A stretch of DNA of 59,524 nt from a bacterium (GTDB lineage: Bacteria; Patescibacteriota; Andersenbacteria; UBA10190): NCBI GenBank assembly GCA_027624555.1, contig JAQBWN010000002.1, positions 1-59,524 of the forward strand. Direction: 5' to 3'. The notes beneath the pieces were generated by a model. It did no database searches, was not told where the DNA came from, and saw nothing but the letters and a program-made list of their open reading frames with translations. Made by a program: the position numbers and the translations under genes. The stretch's first letter is position 1; each line of letters starts with the position of its first letter. This document shows, piece after piece, positions 1 through 9,452 of this stretch.

Positions 1-1
1 A

Positions 2-1372
2 ACCGTTGAGCCGTGCAATACGTGCAGTTCATGCGTTGCATTCCAAAAAAAATCTTCCCTCGACTTGGTGGAAATTGACGCTGCTTCAAATAGGGGGATA
101 GACGATATTCGGGCCCTTCGAGAAACCGTAAGCCTCGCACCAACAAATGGGGCATATAAAATATATATAATCGATGAAGTTCACATGTTATCTGGACCTG
201 CATTTGCAGCACTACTCAAAACTCTCGAAGAGCCTCCAAAACACGTCATTTTCATACTTGCAACCACTGAACTGCATAAAGTTCCTGCAACTATTAGCTC
301 CCGTTGCCAGCTTTTCCGTTTTAAAAGAGCGACAAACGAAGAAATGAAAACGCGGCTTACTCATCTCTTACAAAAAGAAAACCGCACAGCAGATAACGAG
401 CTTATAACATTTATCACAGAGCGAAGTGATGGATGTTACCGTGACGGTGAATCTCTGCTAGGGCAGCTTCTTTCAAATTCAAACGACAATCTAACCGCAC
501 TACAAGCTTCAGAATTGCTTGGAATACCATCACGAAAAACAGTTGAGAACTTTTTAGAAGCACTTGTTGCAGGCGATGCTAAAACTGCACTTACCCTTGC
601 CACAAAAGCATATGCGGAGGGACACGACGTAGAACAATTTCTTCAAGAATCTATTCGCTCTGCAAGAGATGGCATTGTTCGCGCCATTACGTCACAAAGT
701 CCTCCTGCATTTGCATCAGCGCCAAATGCTGTAGACCGCATCACGGTCATTATGCGCGCATTCCTTGTGGCTCTGCAGGATATTTCTGTTGTTCCAGAAC
801 CGATGATTGCGCTTGAACTTGCAATATTAACGTCTACGGTTGGAGTTAAGAGGGAAGCGAGCGCGACTCCTCCCCTTTTCAAGGGGAGGTTGGGTGGGGT
901 GCAAATTGAGCAGAAATCGGAATCACCCTCGCCCACACCCACTCCGAAAAACGCCCCTCACCCAGAACCCCACTCCGCCCAAGGGCTTCGCGGGGCGCAG
1001 CAGGAGAGGGGAACGACGTCAGCTCCCGATAGCCCTGAACTCCTCAAAAAAATCCAAGCATCCTGGGAAGCTGTTGTTCAACATGTTCGGACATTAAATC
1101 CTGTAGCATCTACCTTTTTACGCGCAACCACTCCAAAAGGTATGACGGGTGACACACTTGTGCTCCATATGCAATTTCCGCTCCATAAAACCTTCTTCGA
1201 CAAGCCAGATAACAAGACTATTGTCCAAAAAGCAATTATTAGTGTTACTGGTGAATCGGTAACTATTATGTGTGAACTTGGTGTAACGGGACCAGTTTCT
1301 CGAAACCAGCAGGAATCGAGCGAAGACAACCTCCTCAAAAACGTACAAGAAGTGTTTGGAGTGAAGGTGTAA
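2..1372 (+). CDS. dnaX: DNA polymerase III subunit gamma/tau, 5' end outside window
   Basis: Frame is open from nt 2 (EPCNTCSSC Zn module). EIDAAS, KIYIIDEVHMLS, TLEEPP and SRCQ motifs present. The listed ORF start at 65 is internal. Confidence 0.9.
   Translation, partial: TVEPCNTCSSCVAFQKKSSLDLVEIDAASNRGIDDIRALRETVSLAPTNGAYKIYIIDEVHMLSGPAFAALLKTLEEPPKHVIFILATTELHKVPATISSRCQLFRFKRATNEEMKTRLTHLLQKENRTADNELITFITERSDGCYRDGESLLGQLLSNSNDNLTALQASELLGIPSRKTVENFLEALVAGDAKTALTLATKAYAEGHDVEQFLQESIRSARDGIVRAITSQSPPAFASAPNAVDRITVIMRAFLVALQDISVVPEPMIALELAILTSTVGVKREASATPPLFKGRLGGVQIEQKSESPSPTPTPKNAPHPEPHSAQGLRGAQQERGTTSAPDSPELLKKIQASWEAVVQHVRTLNPVASTFLRATTPKGMTGDTLVLHMQFPLHKTFFDKPDNKTIVQKAIISVTGESVTIMCELGVTGPVSRNQQESSEDNLLKNVQEVFGVKV
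864..901 (-). repeat. GC-rich hairpin repeat, family R1, read in frame inside dnaX
   Basis: CGACTCCTCCCCTT-TTCA-AAGGGGAGGTTGGGTGGGGTG with a 9-bp stem. Its reverse complement matches the copies at 12647-12681 and 32415-32454. Confidence 0.8.
964..1000 (-). repeat. GC-rich hairpin repeat, family R2, read in frame inside dnaX
   Basis: AGAACCCCACTCCGCCCAAGGGCTTCGCGGGGCGCAG. Its reverse complement aligns over about 37 nt with 18052-18088. Confidence 0.75.
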
Positions 1373-1398
1373 CCACTTCAGGGTTTTTTCTTTGAATA

Positions 1399-1824
1399 TT
1401 ATTTTTCTAACGCTGCAACTCTGCGAGTTAATTCGTATTGCTGATTTTCAACGTGTTCCAATCGCTCCGGTAAATCATCTTGGTATCGCACTCGTTTATC
1501 AAGCGCTACTACAGATTCCGTATTCAAATCTACTTTCTCCGCAATTTCTTTATTAAATCGTTTTTGATCTTCCCAATTCAGTTTTTCTGCTAAACGAAAA
1601 TCGGCAATTTCCATTTTTAGTTCACTTCTCACTCCCTGGATTTCTTCTTTTAGCTCTGTACGCACAGCACTAATTTCCTTACGAAATTCTTTTCGTATCT
1701 GACTAAATCCCTTTTTCATTTCTTTCATAATAAAACCAGCAATCTCTTGCATCGTATCTGTAATACCTAAAAGATCCCTCCTGGTAACAGGTTTATCCAA
1801 ATCTTGTAATTTCTTCTTGAGCAT
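1399..1824 (-). CDS. hypothetical coiled-coil protein
   Basis: ORF trimmed to ATG 1824 because the longer ORF overlaps the tRNA. TGGTATACT lies 6 nt upstream of this ATG. Heptad-like charged repeats; no family recognised. Confidence 0.5.
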   Translation of the reverse strand: MLKKKLQDLDKPVTRRDLLGITDTMQEIAGFIMKEMKKGFSQIRKEFRKEISAVRTELKEEIQGVRSELKMEIADFRLAEKLNWEDQKRFNKEIAEKVDLNTESVVALDKRVRYQDDLPERLEHVENQQYELTRRVAALEK

Positions 1825-1830
1825 AGCTAA

Positions 1831-1839
1831 AGTATACCA
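1831..1839 (-). promoter_or_regulatory. extended -10 box TGGTATACT, 6 nt before ATG 1824 (leaderless type)
   Basis: The plus strand reads AGTATACCA. The spacer AGCTAA (6 nt) runs to the start codon. Confidence 0.45.
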
Positions 1840-1848
1840 CTTTTTTTG

Positions 1849-1919
1849 TTCCCGGGCAGGGATTCGAACCCCGATACCAAGGACCAAAACCTTGTGTCCT
1901 GCCGTTAGACGACCCGGGA
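1849..1919 (-). tRNA. tRNA-Gln (anticodon UUG)
   Basis: Cloverleaf folded by hand: acceptor TCCCGGG/CCCGGGA, anticodon stem CAAGG/CCTTG with loop TTTTGGT, T-loop TTCGAAT. 71 nt, no encoded CCA. Confidence 0.85.
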
Positions 1920-1968
1920 ATGCTGATGATACTACCGAACTATTGGGATTTAGGCAAGAAAAAAACCA

Positions 1969-1977
1969 TGCTAGAAT
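1969..1977 (+). promoter_or_regulatory. extended -10 box TGCTAGAAT, 6 nt before ATG 1984
   Basis: TGn plus TAGAAT, then spacer TTATGT, then ATG. Confidence 0.45.
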
Positions 1978-1983
1978 TTATGT

Positions 1984-2730
1984 ATGAACATCGAAAACCC
2001 TCGGTTCAATCAACCATCCCCAGAAAACGAGCCGTCTGAGCTATTTACGCCCGAGCGGTTAATTGCTCATATACAGGAAAATGAGACATTACCCAATGTG
2101 AGTAAAGAAGAACTACAACGTTTAAATAACGAAATGACGCAGGAACAAGTTCTTGAATACTACACCACAGCACACGCAATTGAGAACGAGGAAAAAAGGA
2201 ACGAACTATTAGACCAGTGGATACCAAAACCTAAAATTCTCTACCATGCATCTCCTCTAGGTACCATTGAGGAATTTGAGCCACGAGGTCGGTACAAGAG
2301 AAACCCCAATGACCCACCACAAGTATTCGGATCAAGCTCTGAAGCGGTTGCTACCATGATGATGGCTCCAGGTGATGACTCCTGGCATAAGGCTGGCTCG
2401 TACGACGGGCAGCGAACGTGGACTTTTATTTATCCTGATACCGATGAATTTCGAAAAGCCGACGTAGGTGGATATATTTACGAACTGCCCCCTGATGATT
2501 TCAATTGTGACCCACACATGGGCATGGGCGTGGCAGAGTGGACATCAGCAAAGCCAGTAAAACCTCTCACAAAACCGAAACACTATCCTTCAAGCATTGA
2601 AGCGATGCTTGAGCATGGCGTAAAAGTATATCGGGTGGATCAGGAGTTGTTTCGCCGTTTCCGAGATAACAATGAAGATGATGTTGAGCTATTGAAAAAC
2701 ATCAAACCTATAGAAATTTCCAACGCTTAG
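1984..2730 (+). CDS. hypothetical protein
   Basis: 248-aa ORF with a leaderless-type promoter. No family recognised with confidence. Confidence 0.6.
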   Translation: MNIENPRFNQPSPENEPSELFTPERLIAHIQENETLPNVSKEELQRLNNEMTQEQVLEYYTTAHAIENEEKRNELLDQWIPKPKILYHASPLGTIEEFEPRGRYKRNPNDPPQVFGSSSEAVATMMMAPGDDSWHKAGSYDGQRTWTFIYPDTDEFRKADVGGYIYELPPDDFNCDPHMGMGVAEWTSAKPVKPLTKPKHYPSSIEAMLEHGVKVYRVDQELFRRFRDNNEDDVELLKNIKPIEISNA

Positions 2731-2800
2731 CGTTGGATGGCATTTTACTAGTATCATCAATACTCTCAAATTGTATTTAAAGCACTCAGCAAAAAAACTC

Positions 2801-3445
2801 TTAACTGGAAAGAGTACCCATAAATTCATCAATTTTTTGGTGAAAGTTTTCTAACCCTTCGGGTACTTCAAGCACATAATCAAAAAAGTCATCAGGAAGA
2901 GAAAGTTGTTCTTTTTCGCTCAAATGATTTCCAACACCTGCACCTAAGAAAGTTTCTACTAAAAGTGCGGGACGAACGAGGCGAATGGATGTTCCGCCCA
3001 TTTCTTTTACGGCTGCAATTTCATTTTCAAACCTGCAGCTGCTAACGATAATTCCGGCATACTCCGACTTTTTTCCCTCTGATTGATATGCACCTTTTTT
3101 CTCGGAATAACAATATCCAGCCTGTATTTTTTCTACTACGCGCTTCATATACACAATCCATGTTTCTGGGTACGCAAGGCGACTTAATTCATTTCCTAAA
3201 AGCTGTGTGACAATTCGGGCGGATAAAAATGTTCCGTCTGCTCGAGGGTATCGCTCATCATCTTGATTACGCGCCTGTGATGGCCCCCAAAGCTGCTCAT
3301 CAGAGAATTCATACACTTCTTTGGCGATTCTCTTAAACGGGTCAGCCATGCTTATTTTCACAAAACCATACTTCGCAACCATATAGTCTGCCATGGTATC
3401 TTTCCCTACCCCCATGTTGCCGGTAAGGCTAATAATTTTACTCAT
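2801..3445 (-). CDS. P-loop kinase, deoxynucleoside monophosphate kinase-like (phage T4 gp1-like pattern)
   Basis: GNMGVGKDTMAD Walker A. The overall pattern GKDT..AD / LG / W / SxCRFENE / IRLVRP resembles the dNMP kinase family. Confidence 0.65.
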   Translation of the reverse strand: MSKIISLTGNMGVGKDTMADYMVAKYGFVKISMADPFKRIAKEVYEFSDEQLWGPSQARNQDDERYPRADGTFLSARIVTQLLGNELSRLAYPETWIVYMKRVVEKIQAGYCYSEKKGAYQSEGKKSEYAGIIVSSCRFENEIAAVKEMGGTSIRLVRPALLVETFLGAGVGNHLSEKEQLSLPDDFFDYVLEVPEGLENFHQKIDEFMGTLSS

Positions 3446-3562
3446 AGTATTAGAATACTAGAGAGTGATATACTTATCTATATGCTGGATGTGAATTTAC
3501 CGCGTGCCCGAGAGAATAATTATGAACATCACAAAAATCGGACATCGTTGTACGATTAAGTT

Positions 3563-4735
3563 ATGGAAATTGTATTAACCGTAAGCCAGTGCGTAGAAGC
3601 CATTAATATCACTTTGGATTCCCTGGGAGAACTTACCGTGGAGGGTGAAGTTTCGGAATTCAAAATTATTCAAAACAAATGGGTAACATTTGATATTAAA
3701 GACAATACTTCGGTACTTAAATGCTTTATGACCGTATGGAATTTACGTACGCAAATTGAAGATGGAATGTTAGTAAAAGTAACCGGGCAACCAAACCTGC
3801 GCGCAAAAGGATTTTTAAGCTTTGTCGCAAAAAATGTCCGCCCATCCGGAGAAGGTTCTCTCAAACGAGCGCTCGAACTCCTGAAAAAGAAATTGGAACA
3901 AGAGGGATTATTTTCACGAGAACGCAAGCGCCCCCTTCCGCGTTTTCCTGAACATATTGCATTTATTACATCCAGAGATGCGGCAGCATATAACGATTTC
4001 CTCAAAGTGTTAGCTGCACGGCAGGGAGGTCTGCGTATTTCTTTTATTCACACACAAGTGCAGGGGTTAGACGCACCTGAACAAATCATAGGCGCACTTG
4101 CTACAGCAAATACGGAACTACAAAACCTCGATGCAATAATTCTTGTACGCGGAGGAGGAAGCATAGAAGACCTTATGGCATTTAACGATGAGCACGTAGT
4201 GCGAGCAGTTGCATCTTCCCGCACTCCGATTATTGTTGCTATCGGCCATGAACGAGACGTATGCTTCGCTGAACTTGTAGCAGATGTTCGCGCATCTACC
4301 CCAAGCAACGCAGCAGAACTCCTCGTAAAGCATCGTGAAGAAATTGCGCTTGATATATCTCGGCTTACTTCATCGATTTCACAAACGGTAGCTGCGCGAA
4401 TTGCCAAGAAACAATCCAGTATTATCAGTATGACCCATACTATTAGCAACAGGCTCAAAGTAACGTCTCAAAATGCAGAACAGTTAATATCACGCATTTC
4501 CAATATGTCTGTACGACTACGCGATACCATAAGTTCATCTAAGAATAAAATAGATAATATGAAACGAATGCTCCTCGCGCTATCTCCAGAACAAACATTG
4601 TTACGCGGATACAGTATTACCAGGACAAAGAGCGGAGCAGTGCTAAAGGATGTAAAAGACACAACAACAGACGAAGAACTTATAACCACACTAGCAAAAG
4701 GTACAATTACTTCCGTTGTCCGTAAGGTAAATTAG
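3563..4735 (+). CDS. xseA: exodeoxyribonuclease VII large subunit
   Basis: N-terminal OB fold and the VRGGGSIEDLMAFNDE motif. xseB follows immediately downstream. Confidence 0.9.
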   Translation: MEIVLTVSQCVEAINITLDSLGELTVEGEVSEFKIIQNKWVTFDIKDNTSVLKCFMTVWNLRTQIEDGMLVKVTGQPNLRAKGFLSFVAKNVRPSGEGSLKRALELLKKKLEQEGLFSRERKRPLPRFPEHIAFITSRDAAAYNDFLKVLAARQGGLRISFIHTQVQGLDAPEQIIGALATANTELQNLDAIILVRGGGSIEDLMAFNDEHVVRAVASSRTPIIVAIGHERDVCFAELVADVRASTPSNAAELLVKHREEIALDISRLTSSISQTVAARIAKKQSSIISMTHTISNRLKVTSQNAEQLISRISNMSVRLRDTISSSKNKIDNMKRMLLALSPEQTLLRGYSITRTKSGAVLKDVKDTTTDEELITTLAKGTITSVVRKVN

Positions 4736-4743
4736 TGATATAC

Positions 4744-4959
4744 ATGAATGATATGGAAAAAGTGGTAAAAAAATTTGATTTCACCAAAGGATACGAGGAG
4801 CTAGAAAGTATCGTACAAGATTTTGAATCGAGGGAATTAGACCTAGAGAAAGATTTGCCAAAATTTGAACGCGGATTAGAGTTGGCCAAAAAACTACAAG
4901 ACCGACTGAAAGAAATTGAGAACACGGTGCAGGAAATTGAACGCAAGTTCACACCATGA
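4744..4959 (+). CDS. xseB: exodeoxyribonuclease VII small subunit
   Basis: FEELESIVQ..E...LDLE..L..FERG..L pattern. The start could instead be GTG 4735 or ATG 4753. Confidence 0.85.
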   Translation: MNDMEKVVKKFDFTKGYEELESIVQDFESRELDLEKDLPKFERGLELAKKLQDRLKEIENTVQEIERKFTP

Positions 4960-6203
4960 AGAAAATTTTGATACTGGGAGGGGGGTTCGGTGGAGTTGCT
5001 ACATATAAGCATTTGCACAAAATAATTCACCCAGCGAATATTCACAATATTCAAGTAGAGCTCATAAATAAGACGAATTACTTTACGTTTTCTCCAATGC
5101 TTCACGAAGTGGCGACCGGCTCTGTAGGACGAGAACACATTGTGCAACCGCTTCGAGAAATGCTCAAATGCTGCGGAAAGGATTTTCATCAGGCATTAAT
5201 TATAAAAATCGATCCGAAGAAAAAACTCGTATATACAAATACGGGAAACTATTCGTACGACATCCTGGTGATAGCGCTCGGCGTTGAACAAAGCTACTTT
5301 AATACGCCAGGAGCAGAAAAATACGCTCTGGCACTCAAGTGGCTTCCTGGCGCTATTGCGATTCGAAACAGAATAATAAATTCTTTCGAACAGGCGTCCG
5401 AGAAGCACGATACAAAGGATAGCGATGCAATGAATAAATTTCTTAATTTTGTTATTGTTGGCGGCGGCCCTACGGGGACTGAACTTGCAGGACAATTATC
5501 TGATTTATTGCAAAATGAAATGGTAAAATTCTACGGAGATATTCCAATAAATCACGCGAAGGTAGTTCTCATTCATGCTGGAAGGCGTTTAATCGAGCAA
5601 CTTTCTACGCAAGCATCTGCCTCAGCCCTCAAACGTCTACAAAAAATGGGAGTAGAAGTTATTCTGGGCGAAACAGTAACAGAAGTTACAAAAGATTCTG
5701 TTAAATGTTCTTCCGGTAGCTCTATTCCGAGCAACAGTGTTTTTTGGACCGCAGGAACTGAAAGCGGATTAAAGAAAATACTTCCCACGAAACTCCTAAA
5801 CGAGCGCGGAATGATTTCGGTTTCTGGGACATTTCAAGTCCCTGAGTATCCAGAAATCTTCGCATTAGGTGATAATGCATATGTAACAGAAGACGACTTC
5901 AAATATCCACCACTTGCCCAGGCTGCCGTACAAGCATCATCAACAGTCGCAAAAAATATTATTGCACACATTCATCACCAAACACCCAGGAAAAAACGAT
6001 ACCGCCACAAAGGAGATATTATCCCTATTGGAAATTCCTATGGAATATTTGAACAAAAAACCATCAGGTTTACTGGATTTTTTGCATGGGTACTTCGAAG
6101 AATTGTATTTATGCAAACCATGTATGGCTGGCGGAACAAAATACATGTGTTATTTGATTGGACAGTAGAGACGTTCTCTCCTCGTGACACTTCAGAATTC
6201 TAA
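4956..6203 (+). CDS. ndh: type II NADH dehydrogenase (NDH-2) / FAD-dependent pyridine nucleotide-disulfide oxidoreductase
   Basis: Two Rossmann motifs, ILILGGGFGGV and VIVGGGPTGTELAG. 4-nt overlap with xseB. Confidence 0.85.
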   Translation: MKKILILGGGFGGVATYKHLHKIIHPANIHNIQVELINKTNYFTFSPMLHEVATGSVGREHIVQPLREMLKCCGKDFHQALIIKIDPKKKLVYTNTGNYSYDILVIALGVEQSYFNTPGAEKYALALKWLPGAIAIRNRIINSFEQASEKHDTKDSDAMNKFLNFVIVGGGPTGTELAGQLSDLLQNEMVKFYGDIPINHAKVVLIHAGRRLIEQLSTQASASALKRLQKMGVEVILGETVTEVTKDSVKCSSGSSIPSNSVFWTAGTESGLKKILPTKLLNERGMISVSGTFQVPEYPEIFALGDNAYVTEDDFKYPPLAQAAVQASSTVAKNIIAHIHHQTPRKKRYRHKGDIIPIGNSYGIFEQKTIRFTGFFAWVLRRIVFMQTMYGWRNKIHVLFDWTVETFSPRDTSEF

Positions 6204-6218
6204 AGGTATTATAAGCCC

Positions 6219-7292
6219 ATGAATAAACCATCCCACAAATTCATTGGAATATCACTTTATTTACTCTTTTTTTCAGTATCACCTGCACACGGCGCGACAT
6301 TTTTACCTATTTCCAACGAAGCAGCGTCGCTTCGATCTGAAGCAAGTGGAGACGTATATGCCGCAAGCAAGTTCGTGGTTATCGCTGCGCCCGTTCAAGG
6401 GGATATATTTGCAGCGGGTGATGGGGTAGATATTTCTGGGTCTTCAAGCGCTAGTATTTTCGCGGTAGGACGCAATCTCAACATTACTGGCGATGCAAAT
6501 GATGACGTTAGAATAGCTGGGAGTATAATTTCAGTCGATTCAAATATAGCGCACGACCTTTTTGCTTTAGGTTCTCAGATTTTTATTTCCAAAGATACTC
6601 AAGTCCATGGTGATGCATATATAGCAGGAGAAAATGTTACCATTTCAGGAACGGTGCATGGTAATGTCCGCGCTACAGGAAGTAAGATAACATTTACCAA
6701 CGATGCAGTAGTAATGGGAGACATAACGGTATATGGCAATGCTCCAACTATCGAAGATAATGCGAAGATTTCGGGAAAAGTTACTACAATTGCACCTCAA
6801 ACAGATACAAAAAAAGTGTCGAGAGGAATTGCCCTAAGAACGCTTCTTACAACTATCGTGTCTACGGCAGTCCTCGCTCTCGCTTTACTCTATAGTGCAC
6901 CCATATTAGTCGCTAAAAGCAAGGACCTTGTATCTCAACGGCCAATACAATCCGCTATCATCGGGTTGCTCTGGTTGCTTCTATGTATCCCCGCAACAAT
7001 CCTGTTCCTTACTACCAGTATCGGGATATTTATTGGATTATTTGTTCTCACTAGCACAATTCCACTCCTTATTATTGCGTTTGGATTCGTGATTATTGCA
7101 ACGGGAAGTATAATATATCGTCTCATGCTAAAAAAAGACGGCGTAGCTTGGCAACACGTACTCATTGGTGCAGCTGTTGTGGGCTTAGTCGCACAGCTAA
7201 ACGTCATTGGCTTCCTCCTTATAACCACTGCATTCCTCATTGCACTAGGTGCCATCCTCAACGCGTTCTGGAGCTTAATCCAAGGAAAATAA
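6219..7292 (+). CDS. membrane protein with bactofilin-like beta-helical repeats
   Basis: Signal peptide, then repeated D[IV]xAxG / NVxIxG units, then about 5 C-terminal TM helices. Confidence 0.55.
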   Translation: MNKPSHKFIGISLYLLFFSVSPAHGATFLPISNEAASLRSEASGDVYAASKFVVIAAPVQGDIFAAGDGVDISGSSSASIFAVGRNLNITGDANDDVRIAGSIISVDSNIAHDLFALGSQIFISKDTQVHGDAYIAGENVTISGTVHGNVRATGSKITFTNDAVVMGDITVYGNAPTIEDNAKISGKVTTIAPQTDTKKVSRGIALRTLLTTIVSTAVLALALLYSAPILVAKSKDLVSQRPIQSAIIGLLWLLLCIPATILFLTTSIGIFIGLFVLTSTIPLLIIAFGFVIIATGSIIYRLMLKKDGVAWQHVLIGAAVVGLVAQLNVIGFLLITTAFLIALGAILNAFWSLIQGK

Positions 7293-7293
7293 T

Positions 7294-7866
7294 ATGAAAG
7301 ATAAAACCTCCACTATATCGCTCATTGTTGGACTTGCCATTCCAGTTGTCATGGTAATTCTTATTGCACTCGCCGTACTTATTCCGGGCAGAAATATCAA
7401 TCCAACCACGGACTTTATATATGCAACAGGCTCCTACCCAAGCTACACAACGAGGGACGAGAACACAGTTATCCAACATGATCTCACTATAAAAAATGGG
7501 ATCCTAGTAGACGCTACACAAAGCTATCCAGTAGCGAACAACTATCCACCTTATTTTCATGAAAAAGAATCAGTTCCTCGACTATTTATTCACAACACAA
7601 CTGAAAATTCAAACAAAGAAATATCTTTAGAAGAAGCAAAAACATTACGCTTGTCTGCAGAATCAAAATCTCCTGATGGTTTTACTGTTTCTTTTGGACG
7701 AAGATCATATGGAGTATTCCCGTTTTTCTTTGACAGCGGTTCTGATGATAGTGAGCACGCGTACCTCTCCAATCAAACAGCAAGTAAAGAAATTACTTTG
7801 ACATCCGGTGCACCGAAAGACATCTATTCGTTTCAGCTAGTGGGTTGGATAATAGAGGAAAAATAA
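7294..7866 (+). CDS. hypothetical membrane-anchored protein
   Basis: N-terminal TM helix. Starts 2 nt after the previous stop. No family recognised. Confidence 0.5.
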   Translation: MKDKTSTISLIVGLAIPVVMVILIALAVLIPGRNINPTTDFIYATGSYPSYTTRDENTVIQHDLTIKNGILVDATQSYPVANNYPPYFHEKESVPRLFIHNTTENSNKEISLEEAKTLRLSAESKSPDGFTVSFGRRSYGVFPFFFDSGSDDSEHAYLSNQTASKEITLTSGAPKDIYSFQLVGWIIEEK

Positions 7867-7868
7867 AT

Positions 7869-8864
7869 ATGGATAAAGATAGTCTTTTAACTGCAATTAC
7901 CCACGCATCCGCAGAACGAAGCATTTCTCGCGAAGAACTATTATCTGCGTTTCAAAAAGGGCAGGGTGAAATTGCCGTTCCGCAAAGAAGCAAGTTAAAC
8001 ATAATAAATATACTGTACGCACTTGGAGGATTAATAGTTGTTATCGGCATTATTCTCTTTTTTGAGCAGCAGTGGGAAACGCTTTCGTCCACTGCTCGCA
8101 TTCTTGTAACGTTGGGGTCTGGGATTGCGACGTACCTTGCCGGAATACTCTTTATGCGAGTGAAAAGTTTTACAGGCGTTGCAGTAAGTTTCTTCCTTAT
8201 ATTTGTGCTTGTATCGCCATTTGGCATACACGTCACGCTCGATACTTTAGACTACGCATCTCCCATACTTTCCAATGAAAACATTATTTTTTCTACCATG
8301 TTTATTTGGACACTAGCATCATTCTCGTTATTGCGTCTCAGTATCTTTCGTACTTTCTCGGTGATATTTGGAAGCCTGCTCTTTTTTAGTTCAACTGGAG
8401 CACTCTTAGAAAGAAACCCCGCTATAGATATTGGCGAAGCATTTGAATACCGATTTTTGCTTCTTGGAATAAGCTATGCGCTTCTTGCATACTCATGGAA
8501 GAAGATTGCACCAACTCTTTCGTCGTGGATGTACGCATTAGGAACTATGATGTTTTTAAGTGCAGCGCTTGCACTTGGAGGATACGCCCCTTCCGCGAAC
8601 AAACCGTGGGAAATTGCATACATCGGGCTAAACTTCGGCATCTTATTTTTAAGCGTTGTTCTCAAGAGCCGCGCAATGCTTGTTCTGGGGAGCCTATACC
8701 TTATGGGGTACATTATGAAAATTACTGCAGAATACTTTAGTGATAGCTTAGGTTGGCCTATTTCACTCGTACTGGCAGGCTTTACATTAATCGGAATCGG
8801 CTACGTAACATTCATGATGAATCAGCGATTCATGAAGAAAGATGGAGTGAACCTTGACGGATAA
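7869..8864 (+). CDS. hypothetical polytopic membrane protein (DUF2157-like architecture)
   Basis: Soluble N-terminus followed by about 9 TM helices. Start moved to ATG 7869, after the upstream stop. Confidence 0.5.
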   Translation: MDKDSLLTAITHASAERSISREELLSAFQKGQGEIAVPQRSKLNIINILYALGGLIVVIGIILFFEQQWETLSSTARILVTLGSGIATYLAGILFMRVKSFTGVAVSFFLIFVLVSPFGIHVTLDTLDYASPILSNENIIFSTMFIWTLASFSLLRLSIFRTFSVIFGSLLFFSSTGALLERNPAIDIGEAFEYRFLLLGISYALLAYSWKKIAPTLSSWMYALGTMMFLSAALALGGYAPSANKPWEIAYIGLNFGILFLSVVLKSRAMLVLGSLYLMGYIMKITAEYFSDSLGWPISLVLAGFTLIGIGYVTFMMNQRFMKKDGVNLDG

Positions 8865-9432
8865 TAGTTAGTTTGCCATTTTCGTATTTTGCGATAGTGC
8901 TCATAGCCCCTTGCTGTAAATTTCCTCCGTCTAGAATACAACCAAGAGAAAGATCGTACGTTGTGCCGTCTTTCCCAGGAAACACCGCTTCTATTTCATC
9001 AGGGTTATATATAGCTTCTTGTCCAGATATATTCGCACTTGTAGCGGTAAGAGGTAGGGCAGTTGTATCTGCAAAACCTTGCATTAATTCATGGTCTATA
9101 ACTCGCAGGGCAATACAACCATTTTGTGCAATGTGCTCTAATGCTGGCTTGGGGCGAACTAATAGTGTTAAGGCAGAATGCGAAAATTTATGCAGTATTT
9201 CTCGTTCTTTGTCTGTTAAATCTAAATACGTATCCCACAAAGATTCTTTCATAAATACACTAAACGCCTTCTCTGCAGGGCGCTTTTTTATATTCCGCAG
9301 TCGCTGTAACCCATGACCAAAAAGAGCATTAACCGCCAACCCATACGATGTGCCCGTTGGAAATGCGACAATTCTGCCTTCTTGGATTATTTTTACTGCC
9401 CTTAGTACGTCTGTTGTTTTGGTAATATACAT
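8830..9432 (-). CDS. tsaC: L-threonylcarbamoyladenylate synthase (YrdC/Sua5 domain)
   Basis: VAFPTGTSYGLAVNA and LTATSANISG motifs. Confidence 0.85.
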   Translation of the reverse strand: MYITKTTDVLRAVKIIQEGRIVAFPTGTSYGLAVNALFGHGLQRLRNIKKRPAEKAFSVFMKESLWDTYLDLTDKEREILHKFSHSALTLLVRPKPALEHIAQNGCIALRVIDHELMQGFADTTALPLTATSANISGQEAIYNPDEIEAVFPGKDGTTYDLSLGCILDGGNLQQGAMSTIAKYENGKLTIIRQGSLHLSS

Positions 9433-9452
9433 AGTTTCCTGTATTGTACACT

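Noticed and set aside
643-1348. ORFs 643-942(-), 840-1097(+), 1078-1338(-) and 1118-1348(-) overlapping dnaX
   Set aside because: They are antisense or out of frame relative to a clearly conserved dnaX reading frame. Their low-complexity translations partly derive from the GC-rich repeats.
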